Source of the DNA: Candidatus Dojkabacteria bacterium
Lineage (GTDB): Bacteria; Patescibacteriota; Dojkabacteria; SC72; JAHDCA01
NCBI GenBank assembly: GCA_030583845.1
Contig: CP129478.1
Span: forward strand, 513,835 to 577,834
DNA: 64,000 bases
Direction: 5' to 3'
The translations under genes and the position numbers were made by a program. Of this stretch, positions 28,301 through 36,148 are shown piece after piece; position 1 is the first letter of the stretch; every line of letters begins with the position of its first letter. Below the pieces are notes generated by a model. That model worked only from the letters and a program-made list of their open reading frames with translations. It was not told the origin of the DNA and searched no databases.

Positions 28301-29893
28301 AAGGGAGTATATATGGTTGCCTCATCCAATATAGACCAGCGAGGCAAGCTAGAATTACCAGCAAATGGTCAAAAAGAGATCGAGATCGAGATTAAAGAGA
28401 GCATGGCACCCTACCTTAGCATTTGCGCATATGTTATAGCTACACCGAGTGAAGCCGAACCGAATGGTGAGCGTGGTAAAGGCTGGTCGTATGGCTGTGG
28501 TACTCTCTCTGTAGATTCAGAAGCATATGATCTCGATGTGAAGATCGAGAGCAGCAAGGAAAGTTATAAGCCAGGTGAAGAAGCTGTGCTAAATATCACT
28601 ACAACAGATAGTGCTGGCAAGCCGGTTAGCAGCTCCGTCTCGGTTGCTGTCGTTGATAAAGCTCTCCTAGATCTGAAGAACAACAGCTTCGCCTATCCTG
28701 ACCTTGGGCAGCACTTTGAATCACGCAAGCGATACTTCACATTTGAATTAGGTAATCCTATGTATAACCAGGTCGATGACGGATCTGGAGCTGGTGGCGG
28801 TGGTGGTGATGGTACTTCGGCAAGAGATGATTTCCCTGATACAGCCTACTGGAATCCTACAGTTGTAACTGATGCCAATGGCCGTGCCACTGTGAAATTT
28901 ACATTGCCTGACAGCTTGACCACATGGTCGGTAGCTGGGTATGGCGCGAGCAAGGATAATGACTATGGCTACGGGAGTGACTTATTTACCAGCAGAATTG
29001 ACCAATTCTTAGACATTGAGGTGCCACAATTTATCCGCGATGGAGACAAGATGATAGTTAGAGTCGAAGCTGCAAATTTTGGCAGCGCAGTAAGTGGTAA
29101 GCTAAAATTTGATTGTGAGGGCTGCTCAGAAGGAGATAAGGAGATCGATGTGAATCTACCTGCAAATACACGCCAGGAGCATGAATTTACGATTGTACCC
29201 GCAGCCGGGGTTGAAGAGGCAAAATTGACCGCTGAGCTAGTACAGGGAGAGACCAAGCTTGATGCGATCAGATATACACTCCCAGTCTATACAGATGGCA
29301 TTATCTCGAATGAGCTGCATTCAGAGCTGCTCAAAACTGATGAAAACAGTGCCGAAATCAAGTTCGATCTTGAGTCAGTGCGCAAAGATGCCACAAAGGT
29401 AAACTTGGTCGTATCGAAGGCGTTCTCAATTGATAGCTTCAAATATGCTGTCGATCCCGGATTGAACTCAACACCTCAATTGGCTAGTGCGATCTTGCAC
29501 GATAATTTCATAGTAGAGCATTATGATGATCTGCAGCCAGACACACCGAAAGCCGAGCTTGAGAAGAAACTTGTTTACTATGCTGAACTGCTAAGCACCA
29601 ATCAGGCTGAGAATGGTGGGTTCGGATGGTTTAGCTATGACGCAGTATCGTTAGAATCATCAGTATTGGCTGCTGAAGCACTCGTAGCCGTGGAAGAGCT
29701 GAAGCCATTGCCACAAACGCAGAGGGGCTTGATGGCTAAATATTTCGCGCAGCATATTGTGTCAGATCATACATCAGTGCAGGATAAGATCTTGGCGTTC
29801 AAAGGCTTGGCCGCTGTCGACGCAGATAGTGCGACTTGTTTATTCCGAAGACATGAAAGAGCTTTTCCTAAGCAGCACCGAGGCTCAGTCTGA
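25379..29893 (+). CDS. giant cell-surface protein of the alpha-2-macroglobulin family (N-terminal cytoplasmic segment + single TM + tandem MG/Ig-like domains + A2M_comp-like region); frame is broken near the end and continues in 29757-30881
   Basis: TM helix GGSIASLLALTIAVIFIVPQL at about residue 120-140; repetitive beta-rich MG-like domains; LLSTNQAENGGFGWFS resembles the TED/A2M_comp signature; no CxEQ thioester seen. Confidence 0.55.
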   Translation: MKDLMKKFKNRLNRKQEQKPVNPAAESTPKISTDKAAHDADKADFSKFTEIQDQIGDMFAPIRSLEESVDMKSLDLRLAQKLAADSSKKELSESIKEQAGKDTSKPRIFSKEAFAWAGGSIASLLALTIAVIFIVPQLMGESSPSDLANSQPIPAVRLQPANITSSGYIATQNSFTLETESAITSNLNDAIKVTPEVPFTATAEADGDGSKITVEIEDELARGAEYTIALVDGVTFADGSQLRKDIEWVFRVEPLFAVIGSTPRDKAKEVPVDTTIEFEFNHKNISAEELAKHVKIAPELTGRYEQIGMKVVFIPNDNLAPNHLYDVTVSGEFANGDGEKLGEDYKFSFDTGSTDSKGKYIESDMVSFGWISKPVENVTNGVDVNLRTSGDSAYPITVKLYSVPAESAVTHITNLTGEITSLPDGIQLIEQKQLNIDDPRYVKALPNRGFYIVSATNKAGTTTAYKYYVKTDLGIIATQSDGNHGYVYNMVNETPAAEVSMDVYDSGKKVGSAKTNGEGFYSTDTDGNVVIGKAGESWIVFSSNEGWLDYPAYEGMHGGSIFNRNHTYPTYLSTDRPLYKPGDTVNFSGIVREQSGDTLAIPQPLTVRVVADEAYSYMFDSENIGASTLPIFEGEFKTTNEFGVVNGSFTIPYTQQQAYVGIRMYVEDEQIASTVIDVSEYSKPDQQFVVEFEKPKYFAGEPIKAVVTGTDYSGQPLAGKTARLRLYKGNPSPTMMQSDHYEQYGYIASQLVEEKNVTLDQAGRYSYSFTHLRNNGDMNFTAYRVALVTADAEYQVLSHSSALVSDYDYDIEMTTDSTSISVDEGQTKDVTLNFKSKKVWSGDPIGNKSFNIAVTRRWTEWVDTGEEEYNEYTKSHVPVYRTIQHTETVPGYDQRYTTDGNGNVSVELKDLKHGSYSIEVKFEQAVKDYAYNFYISELSNERRQYYNNIEVTPSVLRAKPGEKVKVDISVLSGGKGVYMVASSNIDQRGKLELPANGQKEIEIEIKESMAPYLSICAYVIATPSEAEPNGERGKGWSYGCGTLSVDSEAYDLDVKIESSKESYKPGEEAVLNITTTDSAGKPVSSSVSVAVVDKALLDLKNNSFAYPDLGQHFESRKRYFTFELGNPMYNQVDDGSGAGGGGGDGTSARDDFPDTAYWNPTVVTDANGRATVKFTLPDSLTTWSVAGYGASKDNDYGYGSDLFTSRIDQFLDIEVPQFIRDGDKMIVRVEAANFGSAVSGKLKFDCEGCSEGDKEIDVNLPANTRQEHEFTIVPAAGVEEAKLTAELVQGETKLDAIRYTLPVYTDGIISNELHSELLKTDENSAEIKFDLESVRKDATKVNLVVSKAFSIDSFKYAVDPGLNSTPQLASAILHDNFIVEHYDDLQPDTPKAELEKKLVYYAELLSTNQAENGGFGWFSYDAVSLESSVLAAEALVAVEELKPLPQTQRGLMAKYFAQHIVSDHTSVQDKILAFKGLAAVDADSATCLFRRHERAFPKQHRGSV

Positions 29894-30881
29894 TCCGTTG
29901 GCCATCGCTCTGTTCATGCAGGCATTTAATCAGATCGGCAATACCGGAGATTCAACATGGCTTTCTGGCTACCTGCCTAACTTGGCTGAAGAATCAGACA
30001 GAGGAATGTTCTGGGAGGATATCGAGAGCAACTTCAAGGTTATGGGAAGCTCAGACTATGTGACATCAGCAGCTTATCTGGCACTAGCACCGCTCGAATC
30101 ATGGGATACCAAATATAAAGTGCGAAACTGGCTGCTTGATCGAAACGTTAATAGCTACTATGGAGACAAGAACTCCGCGGCAATTATGTATGCATTGGCG
30201 GTGGCTGATTCCGAAAGTGTTGCTGACTTTGGTAAGGATAATAATCTAAAGCTATTTGTAAATGGCGAGGAAGTAGAGGATTTTGAGTTAACAGGTGATA
30301 GCCGCTATTCGAAAGTGGTTGCATCAATTGATTCGAAATATCTTGAGGAGGGCGAGAATGTGATTAAAATTGCTAGAAATGGCGAAGGTGAGCTATATCT
30401 GACCGCTAATGTGAAGAGTGTGACGGACGAGATCCCAGAATCGAAAGGCTTCACAATTAGTCGATCATTAACCGATCTGGATAGTGGTAAGCCGATTGCC
30501 GAGTCAGACTTGCAGGTTGCAGATGTAGTGAAGGTGACTGTTAAAGTGACTCCGGATGCTGATTATACAAATGTAGTGGTGCGTGACTTTGTGCCTTCAG
30601 GCACGGAGCCGTTGCGATTCAATCTAGCCGGTGTATCAATGGAGACGATGCGAAAATTCTGGCAGTACAATGGCGTCTCTGTTGATAGGAGTGGTGTTGC
30701 AGCCAAGGATTATGTAAGCTTCGGCACTGGCACAATGGAGAAGGGGAAAGAGTATAGCTATGAGTATCTGCTTGTTGTGGCAAATAAGGGGGAGCTAAGT
30801 GGTGGGTCAGCCAGCGTATTCTTGGAGATGTTTCCTGATATCGCTGGGTATGTTAGCACTGCGAAGGTAGTGATCGACTAG
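29757..30881 (+). CDS. C-terminal part of the alpha-2-macroglobulin-like protein in the +1 frame (frameshift relative to 25379-29893)
   Basis: NSYYGDKNSAAIMYALAVAD resembles the C3/A2M [23 protein letters not shown] segment; C-terminal beta-domain like the receptor-binding domain; frames overlap at 29757-29893. Confidence 0.5.
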   Translation: MCQIIHQCRIRSWRSKAWPLSTQIVRLVYSEDMKELFLSSTEAQSDPLAIALFMQAFNQIGNTGDSTWLSGYLPNLAEESDRGMFWEDIESNFKVMGSSDYVTSAAYLALAPLESWDTKYKVRNWLLDRNVNSYYGDKNSAAIMYALAVADSESVADFGKDNNLKLFVNGEEVEDFELTGDSRYSKVVASIDSKYLEEGENVIKIARNGEGELYLTANVKSVTDEIPESKGFTISRSLTDLDSGKPIAESDLQVADVVKVTVKVTPDADYTNVVVRDFVPSGTEPLRFNLAGVSMETMRKFWQYNGVSVDRSGVAAKDYVSFGTGTMEKGKEYSYEYLLVVANKGELSGGSASVFLEMFPDIAGYVSTAKVVID

Positions 30882-31517
30882 CTCGCTCTCTTCCGGTGTT
30901 AGTTGATACTCGAGGGCTTTTACTACATCTATAAGGTCTTCGTAAAGAAGCTGGTGGGTCGCCTTCGCGAAGTGAAGCAGCGAAAGCCGCGTCTCAATTA
31001 TCCAGTAAGGGATCTTCAGAGAACGAGGATCCGAGCTGCTGACTCCAATAACGCCTTGGAGGTTGTCGATTCGGTCTGACAGTTTGATAATCTTCACTGA
31101 AAGTGAGGCATCCGCTAATTTCCAATTCTGACTAGCTTTTTGAAATGTTTTTGCTGGTTGCTTTGTGTCGCTATACTTGCTGCGAGTTAGGCACCTCACA
31201 TTACTTGTGATCTCAGGTCCAAAGACATTGTGCATTGCTTCAGTGGTTACGGCGAATTCTTCTACAGCATCGTGGAGTATTGCCGAGACAACGGTATCAA
31301 TATCGCGAATACCAAGCCTGGTCAGGATATAATTTGCTACCCTGCAGGCATGGTAAAAGGCGTTATCTCCTACATTCCCTCTCACTTTACCGCTTAGCTT
31401 TGTATATACGAGATTGAGCGCAAGATTAACTTTCTCGCTTTCCCTTGTGAGCTCCGCAAGAGCGGTTGGTAATAGCTCTCTGTCAAACTTAAGCTGTGTG
31501 TGCGGTGTTGGTGTCAT
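30807..31517 (-). CDS. HD-domain phosphohydrolase, (p)ppGpp-hydrolase-like (small alarmone hydrolase candidate)
   Basis: FYHACRVANYILTRLG...AILHDAVEE HD motif arrangement as in SpoT/Mesh1 hydrolase domains. Confidence 0.5.
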   Translation of the reverse strand: MTPTPHTQLKFDRELLPTALAELTRESEKVNLALNLVYTKLSGKVRGNVGDNAFYHACRVANYILTRLGIRDIDTVVSAILHDAVEEFAVTTEAMHNVFGPEITSNVRCLTRSKYSDTKQPAKTFQKASQNWKLADASLSVKIIKLSDRIDNLQGVIGVSSSDPRSLKIPYWIIETRLSLLHFAKATHQLLYEDLIDVVKALEYQLTPEESELVDHYLRSANIPSDIRKHLQEYAG

Positions 31518-31972
31518 GATATCCTATCAACCCGGAATTGTGCCTTGCCTACTGGTGTACTCACATCTACCAAGTCTCCGACTTTTCTTCCTATGACAGC
31601 CTGCCCGATAGGTGAGTCGACAGAGATCTTATTTTTGAGAGGGTTTGCCTCTACGCTTGAGACTACCTGCATCTCGTAATGGGTGTCGGGGTTAACCAGA
31701 TGGACTATAGAGCCCAGTTCCACTACATCTGTGCTTCTTGTAGTTACGGTCTCGACACTCTTAGCTTTTCTGAGAATATCTTTATATTTATCTAACTCTG
31801 CCTGTGTCTCATTTTTAATTTCTAATCTGTCAAAGTATTGTTCATCGTCAGAGCCATACCACTCTACCGTTCGGTTAACTGAGGCTTTTCTTCTTTGAAG
31901 CATAACCTCAAGCTTGCTAACTTGCATCTGCAGCTCTTCGATCCCCGACTGAGTCAATAGAATTGGTTCCAT
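31514..31972 (-). CDS. greA: transcription elongation factor GreA
   Basis: N-terminal coiled coil, C-terminal FKBP-like domain with SVDSPIGQAVIGRKVGDLVDV. Confidence 0.85.
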   Translation of the reverse strand: MEPILLTQSGIEELQMQVSKLEVMLQRRKASVNRTVEWYGSDDEQYFDRLEIKNETQAELDKYKDILRKAKSVETVTTRSTDVVELGSIVHLVNPDTHYEMQVVSSVEANPLKNKISVDSPIGQAVIGRKVGDLVDVSTPVGKAQFRVDRIS

Positions 31973-32119
31973 TGAGAGTTAATTTGATATCTTAATAACC
32001 GAATAATATAGGTCATTCCTGATGTCAGCTTGATGAAGTTCTGTCACGGTTTTGACACATCCTGTCAAAATCTGACGTTTGTCTGAGTGGTGGCTTATTG
32101 GAGAGGGATAGGGTGTTGT

Positions 32120-33406
32120 CTACCTGCCAAGTTTGAAACCTCTGCCCTTAATGGTTTTAATAGTTACTCCTTGAGGTAACTTCTTTCTTAGACGAGAAAT
32201 TGTCTGATCTATTGCCCAATCAGAATACTTCTCTATGGAACGTGATTTCCAAAGAATTTCGGCAACATCGTCTCTAGTGACAACTTTCCCATAGTTTTGG
32301 ACAAAGAGTGATAAAAGCTCAAACTCTCTCTCTGAAAGTTCGTCACCTATAGTCTCACCGTCGAAGTAGATGTTTCCATCACGTACCTCTGGGTCGCTCT
32401 TCGTATGGTTTGACTCTCCTTGGATGTCAGCATTTTCAACCTTAACCTCTGCTGAAGCAGCTGCCGGGTGAGTCTTTGAGTAGGCCCTGAGTATCGGTAT
32501 AGAGTCTGCATAACCACCATCTGCTGGCTTTATGATGAAACCTGCTTTAATCAGCTGGTCAAGTTCTGATGAGCCATCCTCCATATTTGAAGGTTCAGTC
32601 GTTGAGTAATATCTGTACAGATCAGAGCCCATTTCATCAACTAATCTCATTATCCTTGTTTTGATTGGTTCGTACTCGAGCAGGTTGTTTACCTCACACT
32701 CGCCATTCTCCAAGAGATATTGAACTGTATATTTGATAAAACTTGCATGCCCCCCGGCAATGCTATGAATATGTTTCTTCTCCTCCTTTGTCACCGGATA
32801 CTTATACCTCTTTGCTGCGGATTCAATAACCTCCTCAAAGTACTGGTAATCATCTACAGAAAGCCTGAGGACTAGAGCGTTCAAAACCTCTTCAAATGAT
32901 CCTACACACTCTCTCGTCAACTTTCTTAAAAGGTCGGTATTGCCTGTGAAGATATAGCCGATGCGATTGATATCTTGCTCTCGCAGACCTCTCAGACTCA
33001 TATAGAATTGTGGTCCAAGATGTGCGTATCTATCAATATTCGTCACAACGATGGTCACAGATTTCTCTTTATCTAGTAGATACTCGGAGATAATCTTGCT
33101 GGCTGCTTTATTTAGTTTGTACAAGTCCTTACTCAATAGAGCTTGGCTACTGTCTTCATAAGCAACGCCTAGCACGTCTAGCATGGTGCTAATCAATAGT
33201 CCGTAAAATGACTCAACAGTAATATCGATCAGCGCTGATGCTCTAACAAGTACAATCGCATTGTTTGGGTTAGTCTCTCGGTTCTCGTCATCGAGTTGCC
33301 TGAGGAAATCGCTTTTGCCGGAGCCGTTCATGCCGACAAGGGTAATATAGTTACCGTTGGGCAGGAGTGAAACGACTTGTTGCCTCAACTCTTTTCGAGT
33401 CTTCAT
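32120..33406 (-). CDS. AAA-type ATPase with C-terminal OmpR/PhoB-type winged-helix DNA-binding domain
   Basis: Walker A GMNGSGKS at N-terminus; C-terminal LSEREFELLSLFVQNYGKVVTRDDVAEILW...DQTISRLRKKL...IKTIKGRGFKL matches trans_reg_C. Confidence 0.55.
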   Translation of the reverse strand: MKTRKELRQQVVSLLPNGNYITLVGMNGSGKSDFLRQLDDENRETNPNNAIVLVRASALIDITVESFYGLLISTMLDVLGVAYEDSSQALLSKDLYKLNKAASKIISEYLLDKEKSVTIVVTNIDRYAHLGPQFYMSLRGLREQDINRIGYIFTGNTDLLRKLTRECVGSFEEVLNALVLRLSVDDYQYFEEVIESAAKRYKYPVTKEEKKHIHSIAGGHASFIKYTVQYLLENGECEVNNLLEYEPIKTRIMRLVDEMGSDLYRYYSTTEPSNMEDGSSELDQLIKAGFIIKPADGGYADSIPILRAYSKTHPAAASAEVKVENADIQGESNHTKSDPEVRDGNIYFDGETIGDELSEREFELLSLFVQNYGKVVTRDDVAEILWKSRSIEKYSDWAIDQTISRLRKKLPQGVTIKTIKGRGFKLGR

Positions 33407-33556
33407 CAGATACCTGTCAGGTTGATGTCAGATTTCGGATTATATACCATGGTAGTAGCATCGACAAGAGCCATTTACTACTCGTTGCATAAGCCGAAGC
33501 TAGCCTGTAGCTTACCGGATGTTTGTCCTTTCGCCCCGGATAGTTTAATCTATTAA

Positions 33557-35092
33557 GTGAAATTTAACGCCATGAACCACCAAGACCAATTCCTAAACAA
33601 CTCAAATCTGGCACCAGGGCAAAGTGTCGGGAGCATATCAGCTCAGCCTGCAGTGGTAACGCCGCCAGTAGCTCAGCCTGCAGTGGTAACGCCGCCAGTA
33701 GCGCAGCCTGCTCCAGTAACTCCACTACCCGTTGATCAGCCAGCTGTCTCAGAAGAGCTAGCTGCAGCTGTTCAAAGCTCTCCAGCCGCACCCGATCCGA
33801 TTAAGATCGCCGAGGCTACAACTTCTGCAATCAGTACGACTGAAGCATTAAATGATTCAAACATAGCTGTAGATAGCAGCACGCCAATCGTTGAGCAAGC
33901 TCCACCGAAAGCAAAAGCAAGTCCATCTACCGACAGCGAGGTAATTGAAGAGATAGAAGAGCTAGAGCAGAAAGTTAATAGCTCGCAGATGCCAGAGGAG
34001 CTTCGGGAAAAAGCCTTACGATCAATCGAGAGATTGTATCGCATGGCGAAGCGAGGAAGCTACACAGGTGAATTTGAGACGGTAGAGAAATATATCTATT
34101 GGATTACAAGCATCCCGTGGGGGACATACACTGAAGATAGGCTTGATGTCGCGAACGCTAAGGGGATCATGGACAAGACACACTACGGTATGGATACAGT
34201 CAAAAATTTGGTACTCGATTATCTGGCTGTGATGCAGCTCAAGAATAGTGCGATTGCTGCGCAAGGCCAGAATTCAGCTCAGCCGACTGTCACGCCTGGT
34301 GCTGCATCAGCCTCTGTCACACCTGTAGCCCCGGAGATGGCTATCCTTCGAGGATCATCCGCAAACGCCCCTGTGATGCTATTCGTCGGATTGCAGGGTG
34401 TTGGTAAGACCTCGATTGCCAAGTCGATCGCTATGGCGATGGGGAGAGATTTCACAAGGGTCGCGCTTGGGGCCATCGGCAGTGTGCAAGCATTGCGTGG
34501 GCAGTCTAAGGCATTTCTCGATGCTGAGCCAGGACAGGTGGTGAAAGCATTGATCCGCACCAAGAGCATGAACCCGGTCATCCTACTAGACGAGATAGAT
34601 AAGGCAAGCGGCCAGAGTGGATTGCTCAACGATATTATGGCAGCGTTGTTGGAGATACTTGACCCAGAGCAGAACAGCGCCTTTATCGACCATTACATTG
34701 ATCACCCGATCGATCTATCGAAAGTATTTTTCATCTGTACGGCGAACAACCTGGGGACATTGTCTGCAGCACTTCTAGACCGCATGGAGGTTATCCGCTT
34801 TACCAGCTACAACGACGAAGAGAAGACAACAATCGCCAAGAATTTCTCATTCCCGAAGGTGATAGAGAATACTGGACTCCGACCAGATCAGATAGTGATC
34901 GAAGAAAATGTATGGCCACTACTTGTACGCCCTGTTGGCTTCGATGCAGGACTGCGCCAGCTTGAGAGAAATCTCGCGACTATGGTGCGCGCAGTCGCCA
35001 GGAAGATAGTTGAGGGTGCACCAGCTCCTATTGTTATAACGACTGAAAATCTAAAAGAATTTGTATTGCCTGACCAAGGGCCGTTAAGCTAG
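33557..35092 (+). CDS. Lon-like AAA+ protein lacking LON-N and S16 protease domains, with Pro-rich tandem-repeat N-terminus
   Basis: Collinear with the Lon ATPase module: YIYWITSIPWG, GLQGVGKTSIAKSIA (Walker A), ILLDEIDKA (Walker B), EILDPEQNSAF, LLDRMEVIR (sensor 2); the ORF ends after the AAA alpha-domain. Confidence 0.6.
   Translation: MKFNAMNHQDQFLNNSNLAPGQSVGSISAQPAVVTPPVAQPAVVTPPVAQPAPVTPLPVDQPAVSEELAAAVQSSPAAPDPIKIAEATTSAISTTEALNDSNIAVDSSTPIVEQAPPKAKASPSTDSEVIEEIEELEQKVNSSQMPEELREKALRSIERLYRMAKRGSYTGEFETVEKYIYWITSIPWGTYTEDRLDVANAKGIMDKTHYGMDTVKNLVLDYLAVMQLKNSAIAAQGQNSAQPTVTPGAASASVTPVAPEMAILRGSSANAPVMLFVGLQGVGKTSIAKSIAMAMGRDFTRVALGAIGSVQALRGQSKAFLDAEPGQVVKALIRTKSMNPVILLDEIDKASGQSGLLNDIMAALLEILDPEQNSAFIDHYIDHPIDLSKVFFICTANNLGTLSAALLDRMEVIRFTSYNDEEKTTIAKNFSFPKVIENTGLRPDQIVIEENVWPLLVRPVGFDAGLRQLERNLATMVRAVARKIVEGAPAPIVITTENLKEFVLPDQGPLS
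33641..33730 (+). repeat. 30-bp tandem repeat (2 perfect + 1 diverged copy) encoding AQPAVVTPPV repeats
   Basis: GCTCAGCCTGCAGTGGTAACGCCGCCAGTA x2 exact at 33641-33700, third copy diverged. Confidence 0.7.
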
Positions 35093-35138
35093 AAGTAAGT
35101 AATCGCTACCTGCCGGCACAAAATGAAAGGTATAAAAG

Positions 35139-35801
35139 ATGGGATCAAAAGGGATCAAACGCAGATATAGAAAAGCTACGATTTTTGTAACAGCTTTAAG
35201 CCTTGTGGTATCAGCACTTCTATTCGCAGGGTCGGTGAGAAGCGGCTACCCGTCGATAAGCAGTAGAGAGAGCTTACCTTCAGAGCCTGTCGCTCAGAAA
35301 CCATATATTCCGCAGCATATATATGCTGTACCCGCATCGAACGAAGTATTGTCACAGCAGGACTCGTTAAAGCTTATCTGGCCTGTGGAACGTGGCCTCG
35401 GAAAAATAACCCAATGCGTTTCGGCTGCTCACAACGGTATCGATATAGCGCATCCAGGATATCCAGATGTAATAGCTGCACATCGCGGTAAAGTGACCTT
35501 TGCCGGTTGCGAGCCGAGAAACTGCCCGCCCGACGGTGAAGAGCAGGGTGGCGAAGGGTTAGCTAGGAGTGTGATAATCGAGCACGAATCAGGCTTATCA
35601 ACGGTATATGGTCACCTTAACGAAGTTTATGTAAAAACTGGATTCTTTGTCGAGGCTGGCACCTCAATCGGTCAGATGGGTCGAACAGGCAAGACGAACG
35701 GTGGTGTACACTTGCACTTTATGTTGGCGGAATGGGGGAAGAACAAAGTGTACAATCCTGCGAAATTTATGGACCCGATTGAGTGTCCGGATGGGGATTA
35801 G
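35139..35801 (+). CDS. M23-family metallopeptidase (LytM domain)
   Basis: HNGIDIA (HxxxD), GLSTVYGHLNEV, GRTGKTNGGVHLHF (HxH) motifs; N-terminal TM anchor. Confidence 0.8.
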   Translation: MGSKGIKRRYRKATIFVTALSLVVSALLFAGSVRSGYPSISSRESLPSEPVAQKPYIPQHIYAVPASNEVLSQQDSLKLIWPVERGLGKITQCVSAAHNGIDIAHPGYPDVIAAHRGKVTFAGCEPRNCPPDGEEQGGEGLARSVIIEHESGLSTVYGHLNEVYVKTGFFVEAGTSIGQMGRTGKTNGGVHLHFMLAEWGKNKVYNPAKFMDPIECPDGD

Positions 35802-35815
35802 GCCGCTAACTTATA
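35798..35815. repeat. half-copy (TTAGGCCGCTAACTTATA) of the 23-bp inverted repeat found at 57312-57436, again placed directly after a stop codon
   Basis: 15-nt identity GGCCGCTAACTTATA with 57315-57329. Confidence 0.4.
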
Positions 35816-35840
35816 ATATTTTAGTACTATGGGACTGCGA

Positions 35841-36131
35841 CTACGCTCCTCTGAATGGGTTTCTGACTTTTAACGCCAAATCCTCTTGCTTCTTCTGCTG
35901 GCTTTCTGTTGTGGCGTTTATAGTTGCCCCGCCGCTATATGGAGCGCCGATCTTTCTCTCAAAAGCCATGAGTTTATCGTAGTCGGATTGTTCTTTCGTT
36001 TGAGCAATGCTTTGGGTTGTGCCACCTGCCGTGGGTGTTGTGGCTTGGTTGTTTTGCGCAGCTGGTTGTGCGACTGGCTGGTCAGCTTGAGTCGTGCCTG
36101 GCTTGCTTTTGAAAATGTTGAAGATGCCCAA
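35841..36131 (-). CDS. hypothetical small Q/T/A-rich protein downstream of virB4-like gene
   Basis: 96 aa ORF, low complexity. Confidence 0.3.
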   Translation of the reverse strand: MGIFNIFKSKPGTTQADQPVAQPAAQNNQATTPTAGGTTQSIAQTKEQSDYDKLMAFERKIGAPYSGGATINATTESQQKKQEDLALKVRNPFRGA

Positions 36132-36148
36132 AGCTCTTTATGGCAAAT

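Noticed and set aside
25537-29256. Multiple 60-137 aa antisense ORFs inside the alpha-2-macroglobulin-like gene
   Set aside because: All embedded in a long, repetitive, clearly coding sense frame; low-complexity translations; spurious
25379-30881. Thioester (CxEQ) site expected in alpha-2-macroglobulins
   Set aside because: Scanned both ORF translations and found no CGEQ/CLEQ-type motif; treated as a thioester-less family member rather than asserting a trap mechanism
33641-33730. Short tandem repeats considered as a possible CRISPR-like array
   Set aside because: Only about 2.5 contiguous 30-bp units with no spacers; they lie inside a CDS and encode a proline-rich peptide repeat
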